Source: Scyliorhinus canicula
Lineage: Eukaryota
Direction: 5' to 3'
DNA length: 64,000 nucleotides
Assembly: GCF_902713615.1 (NCBI RefSeq)
Contig: NC_052161.1
Location: forward strand, 20,552,579-20,616,578
Shown here: positions 11,701 to 23,949 of the stretch, in pieces
Layout: every line of letters starts with the position of its first letter
Numbering within the stretch: the first letter of the stretch is position 1
Program-made: the position numbers and the translations under genes
Notes under the pieces: generated by a model
What the model saw: only the letters and a program-made list of their open reading frames with translations
Told to the model about the DNA's origin: nothing
Database searches by the model: none

Positions 11701-14542
11701 GTAAAAAAAGGTTATGAATAATCATAAGCACCTTTCCCAGAAAATTGTTTCTATCACCCCAAGATGTAGTTAATGCTTTTAAGTTACTCCTCCATAGTTT
11801 TTTTAATTTTGCATTACGTGCACTTTAAACATCCTAGATGCCCGTTGTACTAAATGATCAAAGGCAAGTCCCTGATTTTAGCTCAGGGAAGTGAAAGAAA
11901 GTGCAAGGCCAGCAGGCGAGCACATCTCCTTTCCATACACCAGTCCTAACTCCATTCAATCCCAGTATCAATGACACCGGGCAGGTGGGGGTTGAGCAAG
12001 GACAGGAGGAGGCCTGGACATATCAGAATGGTCCCCCCAATAGGTTATTTGGTGGAGGGAGAGGGGGATTGGGGAAGGAGAGCCCTGAGCCTCGATTTCC
12101 ATGTTGTGCCTGTTGGAGTATTCCTGCTCAGCTTCCCACAATGAAACCCTTCTTTAAAACTGGATTACCCTTTTGGGCCTTTTCTAGGCCAGTATGCCCC
12201 TGATGAGATGGGAACAGACAGTCAAAAGTGACTATCCAGCAATAAAATATAGTTAAGGCCTGAAAGATATCATCTGATCTCAATGTGTGAATGTCAAGGA
12301 GACCCTCAGCCATTCAATGCAGGATTGTTGCTGACTGGCCAGAACATGTCTGAGGAAATGGTGTGTGGCACAAGGCCCTTTGAGAATTGGGTGAGTAGGG
12401 CACTGCAAGGATTTTAACCCCCTTCCACTTGCCACATTCTGGTTGGGTTTGGCCGGGTTAAACCCAGGTCTTTAAATTGCACCTCTTCTGTTTTCCTCAG
12501 AGAAAACCGGATTTTACAGACTCGCATAGAGACAAATGTTACTTTTGAATCACTTCAGTTGGTCCATTTCCATTATTTCTCACATGGGGTTTGGTGAAAG
12601 TCACATATTTCTGACTGGTTCAGGAACTCAGTGTCCCATGTGACCAGGAACTTTGTGACATTTGACAGGAAGCTTGGCTGGGATACAGATGAACATTGCT
12701 GTGATCTGGCAGCTGCCTTCCTCGCAATATGTTATAAAGTGTACAGAGAAAAGATTAGATGGAGAATCGCAAGTGCAAACTTTGTTGGAGCTATCTTGAC
12801 CTAAGCTACTGTGATGCAGAAGGTGTGAGGAATCTGTTAAATGTCTTGCTTTCTAAATATTAGTTTGAAAAGGGACAGTTAAAAAAAATATGAGCTTTGT
12901 ACTAACACAAATTAGGAATGGTTGACCCTGCCAGATCTTCCGAGGTGAACCTCATTATATATTCACTGTGAGCTCTTGCCCTGGATTGCACCTGCAACTC
13001 GGATCTGGCTCAATGGGGAGGCAGGAAATCCAACACAGCTCTTAAAGGGAATGTAGCTGGGAGTTAAAGGGGAGGTAATTTTAGTGGCATCAAACATTTT
13101 GCATGCAACAAGTTAATCAGTGGGAAACAATGATGTAGCAGCCGCACTGAGCTCTGACATTCAGTGTTGCAGCTCTTCAGTCTTTTCTTCAATAAGTAGG
13201 TCAAGGGAGAGTTGCCCCGATTGTCATTGAAGGGCTTCTTTACCACAGGACCGTCCTCCAGATTGCCTGGAAGGAAATGGATGGAGTCAATGCTCTGCTT
13301 CACATTCGGAGAATCTGCTGGCATTTGAGAGATTCCCAAACACAGGAATTTGGAGATCTAAAGGGGGCAGGGTGTGGGGGAGGTGGAGGATTGAGGTTGT
13401 CAGTGTTGGAGAGAATGTAGGGGATGAGAGAAGAACACTGGCTGCAACGCACGAGCATGCAATGCCTGCAATACATATTTTCTCCAAAGGTGGCACTGTA
13501 GCACTCCCCTCAACCCACCCATGCTAATTCCCAACTCTGCTCTTTCTGAAACTCAAGCCTGTTCTGCAAACAACTTTGACTTTCAGGTATTGTCAATATT
13601 CATCAGTTTAAATGTGTTTCTTTCAGTTTAAAACAAAACAAATGTTAATGGATTTCCGCCGCAATTCCTGCAAAGCCAGAAAGGTGAGAACAGATCCTAG
13701 AATTTCTTGACCAATGACTTCTAATAATATTGAACTTCATATTAATGTTGGGGTTAGTGTAAATAGATGAAATGATAAAATTACTCAAGTGTTCTGGTTT
13801 ACCAACTATAACAATACAATACTGTATTCTAGACAGATACAAGAAAAATATGGGGTCAAGAATCTCAGGATGGAGGCTCAACAAAGAAGTGTTTGTGAAA
13901 GGATATATGGCACAAAAAGGTCACATTTTGACTAAAGGTACGAACAAAATGCTCAGTTGATCTTGCATCTCTTTCCCAAACCACATATGGATGGCCATAG
14001 TGCAAAACGGCGATTTCCCACTACAACTTCAAACTCAAACAACCATCATTTTAAAGTCTGCAAAGATATTTCCACAAAGGAGTAACTAAAACATTTTCCT
14101 TCGATAGAGGACTTGGTCTTCCACCTTTTGATGACAGTTTATGCCGAAATTAACACGGATGTACATTCGCACACATGCATGCGTCTGACCAGCAGTCTAT
14201 TTGAGATTTGTGAACTTTCACAGCAAAATAACCACAATATAGCTGATGAATTTGATTTTAGGCTGGGGGCGCCATAGGATTTTTGATTCAGCCAAGATTT
14301 AAGCTTTAAATTCGATGTTTCAGAAAAAGCCTGATACAGTCCTAAATCACACATGTTAACAACTCGTAAAACAGCCAGGTGATTTCTAATAGAAAATCCA
14401 TCAGCCAGTGAGTAGAATTCTATGCTTTGGTTTAGATACCCTTGAGCCGAGCTCTGCGCTCCCGTTAATAGACAGCAGTGTGAGTGCCTAGTAGAATTCA
14501 AGTATTATCCTCATGCACACTCACTATCAAGTTATCTATCCA

Positions 14543-14639
14543 TTCAGAAGAAGCCATGTTGGTCTCAAAACTTTAACTCTTTTTCTCTCTCCACAGATGC
14601 TGCCAGAGCCGCTGGGATTTTCCAGCAATTTTTGTTCTT
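14543..14639 (+). mobile_element. Degenerate Penelope-like terminal fragment (second family)
   Basis: TTCAGAAGAAG...CTCAAAACTTTAACTCT..TCTCTCTCCACAGATGCTGCC, homologous to 59321-59452. Resembles a decayed CTGAAGA...CGAAACGTT hammerhead. Confidence 0.5.
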
Positions 14640-14889
14640 AAACCAAGTTCTCTGCACCTGAAGTGTAACGTGATCAGTCAGGCATTAAACTCCTGAATGC
14701 TCTGAGGAAAAATTAGACAAATTTTCATTTAACTGAGTTAATTGAAGCAAGGAAGCAATGAATCCATTCTAATTCTTTCATGTTTTTAAAAAAATAAACT
14801 TTATGAAACAGGGTAGAGAATACAAAGGAGAAAGAAGGGACATCATCTTCAGAAGCTTTCATGTTTTCATTAAATCAAAATGTGAAACT

Positions 14890-15420
14890 TGGAGAATACA
14901 ATTATGCTAAAAGAGTTGTCATATTAATTAAAAATGCAAATTGCATGTAATTAGCCAATGCAAGATAATTTGAAAATAGACATTCTCCAACAAATCAAAA
15001 CTGCAAGTCCCATATTTATAAAACTTGAAGATTGCAATCTGAAAATGTTAAGGACAATTTATAAATTAATTGTACTAATTTGGTTTAATTTATATATGCA
15101 AATTATGACTAATGACTATGCAGAAAAGCCATTATTGAGAGTCTCTGAAGTAGTAGCGGAATGGGAGTAGACAATTTTAGTGCTGTAAAATTGACTTGCT
15201 TTTTAATTAATTTTCATCATTTAGAAGGAAATTAAACAAGTAAAACCCCATTTGTGCATTGTATGCTTGATGTCCAATTATTAATAACAAAAGGCTAAAA
15301 TACTTCAATACATGACGGGCTGTTGTATACATGCAAATTGGAAATAATTTTCCAGCACTGAACATGGCTATAATATATTTAGAATCTAGTTTTCATTTCA
15401 AATGCAGTTTATCTGTTTTA
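14890..15420. promoter_or_regulatory. Candidate conserved non-coding/enhancer element (octamer and homeobox motif cluster)
   Basis: Non-repetitive AT-rich block with three perfect ATGCAAAT (14934, 15096, 15331) and dense TAAT/ATTA motifs. Confidence 0.35.
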
Positions 15421-17237
15421 ATCCCATATTCTCTGGTACCTCACAAGTGGAAATCCCGACAATTTTCAACAAGGCTGGAGAAATGGATGTATCACTCAAC
15501 ACTTAAGCAGATCAGTTTGCTTTCAGGCTTTGTAAAAGTCCCTCAGGCCTGTATGTGTGAAGTTTCTGAACAGTGGGTGGTCATAGGTACGGTCCACTGC
15601 CAGTAACCACGTGTCATGGTTTAGACTACATTGTATTTCTCTTGTGGATTCTGTGTTGCTACTAAATAATCCGTCTGCATTTATTTATTTTTCCTGATTC
15701 CTTTAAACACCTTCTGGCTTTAACAGCTGCCTCCCTCTAATCCTCTATTTTTGCTTTCTGAATTCAGAATTCATTAAACACCCTTAAGGCGAACAGTGCA
15801 TCTAAATGCACTAAAATTCTCATTTGAGTCAACTTTTAATACCAAGCATGTGGTCACTTATTGCTAGCATATAACCAGAATGATACAGCATTTAGACCTC
15901 TTGCCATCTAAAAATCCAAGGAGATAGCTAGTTCCAAAATGGCAGCCAATGCCTTATTGCTGATGCCCTTGTAGCTGCCACACATTCCAGGATGTGTCCA
16001 CCATTCCAATACAGGTACAGTCTGTGAACTCCTCTATGCTGCTACTCAGCTGTTCCAGTTGATGAGTGCCCAATAATGATGTCCGGGACATGATACCCAG
16101 GAGGTGTCTAGCACATTCCCACACCCAGAATTTGCATACGTACTACACGACCATTGCCTAGGCAGTTCAAACTTTAGTTGGGCAATTAGCTCGCACTGCG
16201 AACCATCCAATATTCAAAACTAATTTAAATTGCAGACTTTGGATGGTTCTGACTGTCTTATAGGAATAGTTACCCAGGAAAGATTAGAAGTATGAAATCC
16301 ACTTCTAACTTCTTGGTAACTATATTACAAAACTAATCCCCCCCCCCCCCCCCCACCACATGCTTCACCATCCTCCCCGACTACCCTCCCAACCCCCCTC
16401 AAATCCCCAACTACACCCCCCCCCCCCCCCCCCCCCCCAACAACCACCGCCCACCCTGTTCCAACTACTACTCAGTGGTCAGGTGGGAAAGGTGCAACTG
16501 CATTTCAGTGTAGGCCAACAGAAGCGCAGTGACAATCCAACTGTGATTGTCACTCCACAGAAGTTCTGGACCAATATTTTGCTGGCAGGCACAGAAAGCA
16601 AAGCAGGTCCTGTGAGTTCCTCAGCTGAGGGAGAGTGTAAGCTGACCTTTGGAAAGAACATTCCTATTCCTCATTGGTCTTCATAACCGATTCTTCCAGC
16701 ATACCTATGTTTTCTGTCGGTGTTTTGCAGGTCAGAATGAGCAATGCTAGTTGCCGAGAGGTCTGGGTTATTGGGCTGTTAACATTGCTCCTGTTCTACT
16801 CCTTAAAAAAGGAAAGGCGAAGCAATGTTACAACAGTTAGATCACATGTAAAAATAGCTTCATATGAATGAGTAGGTCATTTAGCCCTTCAAATTTGTTC
16901 CTTCTTTCATTAAGATCATACCTGATCTGCGACCAAATGCCACTCACTCGCCTTTCCCTCATTTCTGTTAGTAGTTTTGGTTAGCAAATATCGGTCAAGC
17001 TCAGATTTAAATGAAAAGTTAACCTAGCATCAACTGCCATTGCAGAAGAGAGTTCCAAACTTATACCACCTTTGTATTGTAGAGGTTTTCCATAACTTCA
17101 CTCTTGAAAGAGCTGGCTTGCATTATTTTACAGTGCATCCTAGCCCTGGACTTCAGTCCCAGCAAAAAAAAATGCTCTCTATTTATCCTATCAGTTCCAC
17201 TTAATATCTTGAAAACTTTGATCAAATAACCCTTTAT

Positions 17238-17470
17238 CATAGAATTTACAGTGCAGAAGGAATCCATTTGGCCCATCGAGTCTGCACCGGCCTTTGGAAA
17301 GAGCACCGTAATTAAGCCCACACATCCACCCTTTTCCCCATAACCCCACCCTTTTTTTGGACACTAAGGGTAATTTAGCATGGCCAATCCACCTAACCTG
17401 CACATCACTGGACTGTGGGAGGAAACCGGGGCACCCGGAAGAAAGCCACGCAGACACGGGGAGAACATTG
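17238..17470 (-). mobile_element. HE1-type V-SINE (5' truncated)
   Basis: V core and CR1-like tail on the minus strand. Confidence 0.85.
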
Positions 17471-17556
17471 CTTCTAAATTATCTTCTAAATTCCAGGGCA
17501 TACAATCCCACTTTGTGTAAAGGGGTCTAGGTATCATTCTGGTCAATTACGCTGAA

Positions 17557-18468
17557 GTTACACGCATGAGCAGGTTCTTCCCGGAGGTGGAAAACAAATG
17601 TGAGTGGCGCCAGGGAGACCCAGTCAACCACACCCAAACGTTCTGGTCCTCTCCCAGACTTGTCGGGTACTGGACCACCATTTTTGAGACCATGTCCAAG
17701 GTTGTGGGGGTGAGGGTGGAGTTATGCCCACTAGTGGCGGTCTTCGGTATATCAGAACGGCCAGAGCTCTTTCAGGGAGAGGGGCAGATGACCTTCCCTT
17801 TGCCTCCCTGATTGCCCGCCGGGGCCTCCTACTCAGCTGGAGATCAGCAGTGCCACCCTAGATCGCAGACTGGCTGTCTGACTTGGCAGAATTCCTTAAA
17901 TCAGAAAAAAATAAAATTCGCCATTCGGGAATCAGAGGAAGGCTTCCACAACACGTGGATGCTATTCACCAATCTGTTCCAAGACCTGTTTGTGACAAGC
18001 AACCAATAGGACAGGGAGGGAGGCAGGAAGGGAGGTACGAAATGGACAACGGAAAGAGAAGGGAAAAAGAGTGGTGGTGGGAAGGGGGGAGGACATCAAG
18101 CAAAATACAGGGGAGATGGGGCAGAAGGGCCAGAAGGGACAAATGGCAAGGGCACCCATGGGTGCGGTAACAACAGTAACGCCAAGACACTCCTGGTTGA
18201 CACCAAACACGCCTCCCTTGACATGTTCTAATACTAGGAGGCAGCATGTACATAATTAAAACAGTATGGCAAACGATCACCGGGGGGCTCAAAATAGGGG
18301 CCCCATACCTGTACATATACCTGTACATATGTTCATTTTGGAAGTAAATCTTTCTTTTATTTTTTTTCCTTTTTGTATACCCATTCTTTCCCCTCTATTG
18401 CTGTGTGATAACCCTCGCAAATGTTACTATAAATGATTGTAAAACCAATTTTTAAAAATTTTTCTTAA
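17557..18468 (+). mobile_element. L1/Tx1-like LINE 3' end with TSD
   Basis: ORF2 C-terminal motifs (RMSRFFPEVENKCE, HTQTFWS, VAVFGISE, EKIKF) and a 3' UTR. 12-bp TSD AATTACGCTGAA at 17545-17556 and 18469-18480. Confidence 0.9.
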
Positions 18469-19384
18469 AATTACGCTGAAATTTCACCTTCATAAGTCAA
18501 ACGAGAGGGGAGAAAAAAGGTTTTTTGCCACTTCCGCAACTTAAAATTTATAAAAGATGTTGAATAATTGGATTCATCCAGTGTGATAATGGAAAAGAAT
18601 GCAAAGAATAAGGCATGGAATACACTCTTTTCTTTGTGAGCAGATTAATTTATATTGTAGCATGCGGAACAGTTTAGCTTGATATTGGCTTTTTTAATGC
18701 TGAAGGTTAATAAAAGGATAAGAAATTGGGAAAAGCTCCGCATGGCAATTCTGTAGAATTAATCATAGCAATAGAAGATATCTGGAAAATTGTGCCTAGA
18801 AGAAGAGAATGTAACTGATTATAAAAGCCTATATTAACTAATGTTGAGTGATCAATTTCTGGAATGGTTCCAAATTATCTGAGGCTACGGTTGCTTGACC
18901 AGGGATGTAAGACCCTAAAGTGTTTGCGTGAACAAGCAGATCATTTTGTATCAATGGTCATATTCCTCCCACCAGTCAACCAGGCAGAATTCAGCCTGGC
19001 TACTCCCATAGCTCAGACATCCAGTGGTATTACGCAAAGTAAAGTTCCATGGGATATCACCAGAGATGCTCCAGAAGTAGCAAGAGGTGACTGGTCCAAA
19101 TGAAGGGTTAGGTCCCAATCAAAGGAAGGCTGGATTCAGTTGTGAAGCATGATACTGTCCTGTCTGTAAAGCAGAATATGAAAGCTGTTTTCTTCAATTT
19201 GTTCGAGGGAAGGGGTCATTGCTGATTTGTCAGCATTTATTGCCCAAATCTAATTGTCCTTGAGAAGGGTAGTGGTGAGCCGCCTTATTGAACTGCTATA
19301 CTCCATGTGACGAAGGTGCTCCCACAGTACTGATAGGTAGGAAGTCACAGGATTTTGACCCAGCAATGAAGAAGGAATAACAAT

Positions 19385-19690
19385 GGCAGAATTCTCTGCT
19401 GACTGAAGCCCATATCATAATCGGCGATCGGGTGGAGAATCCCTTCCGACGCCCAAATTGGGGGCGGTGCCAGTTTTCGAGTCTCCGCCCCCTACAAAAT
19501 GGCATCATCGGGTTGCCCGCCGCACGCCATTGGAACGGCATTGGCACGTCATCGGAAGGCCCTCCCCTGATGCTCAGCCGCCGATGGGCCGAGTTCCTGA
19601 CAGCGCGGTTGACGTATGGTCTGAGCGGTCGGGAACCCGGCGCGGCGGCCGCGGACTGTGTCCAGCACCGCCACAGTCAGCTGGGAGCCA
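19385..19690. mobile_element. GC-rich MITE left-end fragment
   Basis: Begins GGCAGAATTCTC and shares GGCCGAGTTCC.GAC.GCG and GCGGACT motifs with subfamily A. Confidence 0.6.
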
Positions 19691-19859
19691 GTTTGAGCAA
19701 GGTCTCAATAACCTGTCCTATTTTGCCTATTCTCACCTATTCTTGGTCTTTCAATTTTAATCGATATGTATTGAGCCTTTAATGTAGGAAATACCTTGGT
19801 AAAAAGCAGAAAAAGATGCCAAACAATAGTAGATGAGTTGTAGAGGAAAAAAGGCAGTG

Positions 19860-20080
19860 GGGAGTCTGCATGTTCACCCCGCGTCAGCGTGGGTTTCTTC
19901 CGGTTGCTCCGGTTTCCTCCCACAAGTCCTGAAAGATGTGCTTGTTAGGAGAATTGAACATTCTGAATTCTCCCTCTGTGTACCCAAACAAGCGCCGGAG
20001 TGTGGCGACTAGGGGATTTTCATAGCAACTTCATTGCAGTGTTAATGTAAGCCTGCTTGTGACACTAATAAGCATTATTT
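19860..20080 (+). mobile_element. V-SINE variant with alternative tail
   Basis: V core plus the same tail as 1752-1935. Confidence 0.85.
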
Positions 20081-20494
20081 AGGAAGATAGGGCTAAAATC
20101 TAAAAGTTCTGCACTAATAAATGTAAATGTTTGCACAGTCCCAGAGGACCATTGGCATCTGTCCCCTTTGAGAGCTGACTGGTGGTGATTTAACCTGAGG
20201 CTCCGTATCACGAGCCAGACTTCCAGCCAACTGAGCTTACCAACCCTCATTATCTGCCACCAATTCAGGGAACAAAAAGGGGTAAAACCAAAAAGAGATA
20301 ACATTTATTAATGTATTTATATTAACTACATGCATAGTTAGATTTGCTCTCCCTTATTCTACCCGAAAGAAAATTAAGATAGATTGATTAATGTTTATAA
20401 ACAGATGAGATTAATGTCACCTCTCAATCCTATTTCATGGTTGGTTTCTTTGACTTAAATTTTAAAAGATGATAGCCAGAGAGTAAGTGCTGAC

Positions 20495-21634
20495 GCTGGG
20501 ACTGGATCGCGTGGGTTTTAAGGTCCGGAAAGCGATGCTGGTCCCGGAGAAATTTAGGACGTCCTAATGGGCTTGCACCGGCATCATGCGGAATAGTGCA
20601 ATTCCAACAAACGCTGGGGTGTAATTCGGCCAGCTCGGGGTTAGCACGCAAGAGACTGACAAGCAGGAACTGTATACAGGCACACACAACCTCAACCCAG
20701 CCAAGAAGGTGGCACTGGATCACACCTATCCTGTTATGGATTGGCTGGCGCCAGAGGGTACCTGGGGGGGTAGCCTGGGAGCCACCCACACAACCAGTGG
20801 CGCTAAGTGGGCAGTCAGCAGTGTGGGCAGCCACATGGCTGCCTTGTAGGCTGCGGCAATGGTGGCCCATGCCCATCCATCCCGACCCCACAGCCCACCT
20901 CCTGGCTGCTCCCCGCTGCTTCCCATGGCCCTTTCAGAAGCCCCCCGGCCAGCAGCACAACTGTCAGCGCACTACAGAGATGTTGGACACTTTATGTACC
21001 CCCAGGGCCGGCTCAAGGTACCGGCAACTCGGGCAGTCGCCCGGGGCGCCATGTGCTAGGGGGCGCCATCAACGAGTGCGTGACCGGCGTCAGAGACCTG
21101 CCGACAGAGAGACCGGCCCGGCGATCGGTGAGTCCCGATCATATACCAGGTCACTCCGGCCCGACCCGACCTGACCCGACCCCCCCCCCTGCCCCGACCC
21201 CACCCCCGCCCCCCCCACCCCCACCGCCCCCGACCCGACCCCCCCCCGCCCCCGACCCGACCCCCCCCGACCCCGCCCCCTCCCCCGACCCGACCCGACC
21301 CCCCCCCCGAAGGGCGCTGAAGTTCAGCTTGCCCGGGGCGCCAGCAACCCTAGGGCCGGCGCTGTGTACCCCCCTCTCCCTCAATAGCCATGGCGCCTGT
21401 TTCCCGATTTTAAATACCATAAATGAACCTTGCTGTCGGTAATTCCTCTTGCCGGAGGCGGAGAATCACAGGGGGCCCAGAAATTGCTGGGTCTGGCTCG
21501 TTAAAGATATGCGAACGGTCTTTACATGCCGAAGCCACTGGACGCTCGCGCCAGTCTCAATTTCCGGCTGACGTGCGATTCTCCATCCAATCGCGCTTCG
21601 TGATTCCAGCGTCGCTGAACGGAGAATCCTGCCC
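20495..21634. mobile_element. Larger GC-rich Harbinger-like non-autonomous element hosting a nested hAT MITE
   Basis: Right end GGAGAATCCTGCCC matches the family TIR. Left end is degenerate. Confidence 0.6.
21003..21364. mobile_element. hAT-type MITE with internal (CCCGA/CCCGC)n array
   Basis: TIR CAGGGCCGGC / GCCGGCGCTG. Perfect 8-bp TSD TGTACCCC at 20995-21002 and 21365-21372. Confidence 0.85.
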
Positions 21635-21694
21635 AACATATTTTGCAGAGCTATTCGAAAACCTCAAAACTAAAAGGTAATATTCTTATAAAGG

Positions 21695-21812
21695 CACTCA
21701 CCTGATGACGGAGCTGCGCTTCGAAAGCTAGTGATTCCAAATAAACTTTAACCTGGTGTTGTAAGACTTCTTACTTGTGCCCATCCCAGTCCAACACCGG
21801 CATCTCCACATC
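21695..21812 (+). mobile_element. Short Penelope-like terminal element
   Basis: About 120-bp dispersed repeat (second copy 4038-4160) with a hammerhead motif followed by AATAAA. Confidence 0.7.
21698..21734 (+). ncRNA. Minimal type I hammerhead ribozyme motif
   Basis: UCAC-CUGAUGA-C-GGAGC-UGC-GCUUC-GAA-AGCU-A/GUGA: intact CUGAUGA and GAAA boxes, stem II, palindromic stem III, and stem I UCAC/GUGA. Confidence 0.7.
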
Positions 21813-23039
21813 ATGGCTTGTAAAAAGAAGACCCAGATTTTGCAATTGTGGTGACGAAGAAACTATGAACTCTCCATCATTACTGCGTAAAATCTCTGCA
21901 GCCAGGAGCGGAATCTGGAAGTCGCTGTCAGTGATACCCTTCTCCTCTACAGAGCACGTTGCTGCAATCCTCGGAGATGCAATCAGCACATAATCAGTGG
22001 TTCTGACACAAACTGCAACCTTCTACACGCTATTTTCATGTGAAATCCATCAGTTCCTTTAATTTCCTGTTTGCAGACTGAGAATTCAGACTGGCTGCTC
22101 AGCTGCTTGGTGACTTCACTCTTTCTGGATGCCAGAGATCCCTTGTATATGGCACCGGGATGAAACTGGTTTTGTAATAGTGAAATCTATACTGCGAGCC
22201 CTCCGAATTTTGTGTTCAGCTTTCTGCGAGTCCAGCAGCGGGCACCATCTCCTTTGCTACATTCAGCAAAGTCCAGGCCAACATGTTCTTCCATAAAAAT
22301 TTGTGAAACATTAACATTCTATTTTCTGAAGTATAATTCGCCAGCAATTACATCACAGTGATAACAATTTGGCACTTCCCTCCTCCTTCAATTTTTATTC
22401 TTAATATATGTATAATTAGTTATGTGTCACTGTAACGAACTGGCATAGTTGCCTGGAGTACAGAAGTTAAAGGAGTCAATGTTAGTTCACTAAAAAGGAA
22501 AATTGATTTTGCATCGAGTGTTTTAATGCCAAATCCTCTAATTAATGATAATTTAAGAAATAATTACTTAACACTTATTGAATTGTTAGCTTGGTTTTTG
22601 CTATTTGTGTCAATGAACACAGACTTAACTGAAACGAAGGCGCCAACTCTGATGGCATCAGCAGAGGAAAGAGCGAAGGAGTATCGAAAAGCAAAATAAA
22701 GTGGTTAATTCAACTGTCATCTAAATAATCAAATTATATGGGTTTGATTTTAAAATAGGAGCATGCCTTCTAGGAGCATGCCTTGGAGGTGACTGGTGTG
22801 GCTGAGAAAAGATCGGTCAGCCATGTGGAGGCTGGCGGACGCTGCAGAGTTTAGGAACCACCGGGCTCCACTCGTGATACTTGTCTGACGTGAGTAGTGA
22901 TTGCCTTACTGACTGAGCCGTCCCTCCCACTGACCACATGTCCATTCTCCCGCAGGTGCTCCAAGCAACGGCACCGGCCCATCCCGGCTCCTGGCTCTGA
23001 GAAGGACACCTCAGAGGGGAACTCCGAGGAGGTAACCTC

Positions 23040-23940
23040 AGATCTAACTTTAAAATAATCTGGCTCCCTGAAAACATTGTGAACAGATCCTCCACATTTG
23101 CCAAAGTATTCGGTGGATTGCATTCCCTGATTTATGGTTACCTTATAATCCCTACATAATGTCACATGACGATCTGATTGCCACTATTGGAATAGTTCTA
23201 TTACTAAGTTCTACTTAAGAGATAATGTTCTCAGTCTTAATTCTTTTCAGCTCTTGGCTCTACTTTCTCTTTTAGAGCATAAGGTACTGGACAAGGTCTG
23301 CAATTCCTCTGGACCCAATGTTGGCCTTATATCCTTGAACCAGTTTGCCGGTTTCACTAGACTCCTAGGGAAACTTGGCGATCATGTCATCTTGATGTGA
23401 ATTTTGCCTCTACTCAAAAGAGATCATTCCAATGTAATAGATTTTCTCTCCATAACTTTGTAATTCTATGCGTGATTTTTTTCAGCGATTCAGGAATCAC
23501 CCTGATGTCTCTGTGTCACAGTCCATGTTTACTGGAGCTCCATGCAACACTAATTGGACTGCAATACCCTCCAAATTTCCATTGGATATTCTTGTGTTGT
23601 GGATCGTGTGGGTCTCAACCAACTGCTCTTCAACCTGGTGCTGCTCAATCACCACATGCAGTGACTGTAAATTCCTCCAGTGTTCTCTCCGTTTACATTC
23701 TTTCGACATGCCTTGGCAAGATGACTGTTCTTCTTTCATGTGCAACACTCGGTCTTCAGAGATGGTCAATTCTGTGCACAATGTTGGCCTAAGCATCGGT
23801 AACATAACCTCTGTTACAACTAATTACTATCGTTAGGGCCTTCTGCTTACACAGCTACAACCTATTTACTTCGGCAGATGACTCGCAGTTGTTAACTTTG
23901 ACATTTCTCGAGTCACATTCTGCCATGTCCATGGGCAGTG
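23040..23940 (-). mobile_element. Gypsy (Mag-like) LTR retrotransposon protease-RT remnant
   Basis: LHGAPVNMDCDT (protease-like), TLCRDYKVTIN and NVEDLFTMFSGSQIILKLDL (RT N-terminus), with stops and frameshifts. Confidence 0.8.
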
Positions 23941-23949
23941 CTGTTGGAC

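Noticed and set aside
13064-13357. Minus-strand ORF after a pyrimidine-rich AG
   Set aside because: No recognisable homology and ambiguous frame and donor.
13627-13683. Plus-strand 57-nt exon-like segment (FKTKQMLMDFRRNSCKARK)
   Set aside because: Splice sites look good, but it is short, has no partner exons and no recognisable product.
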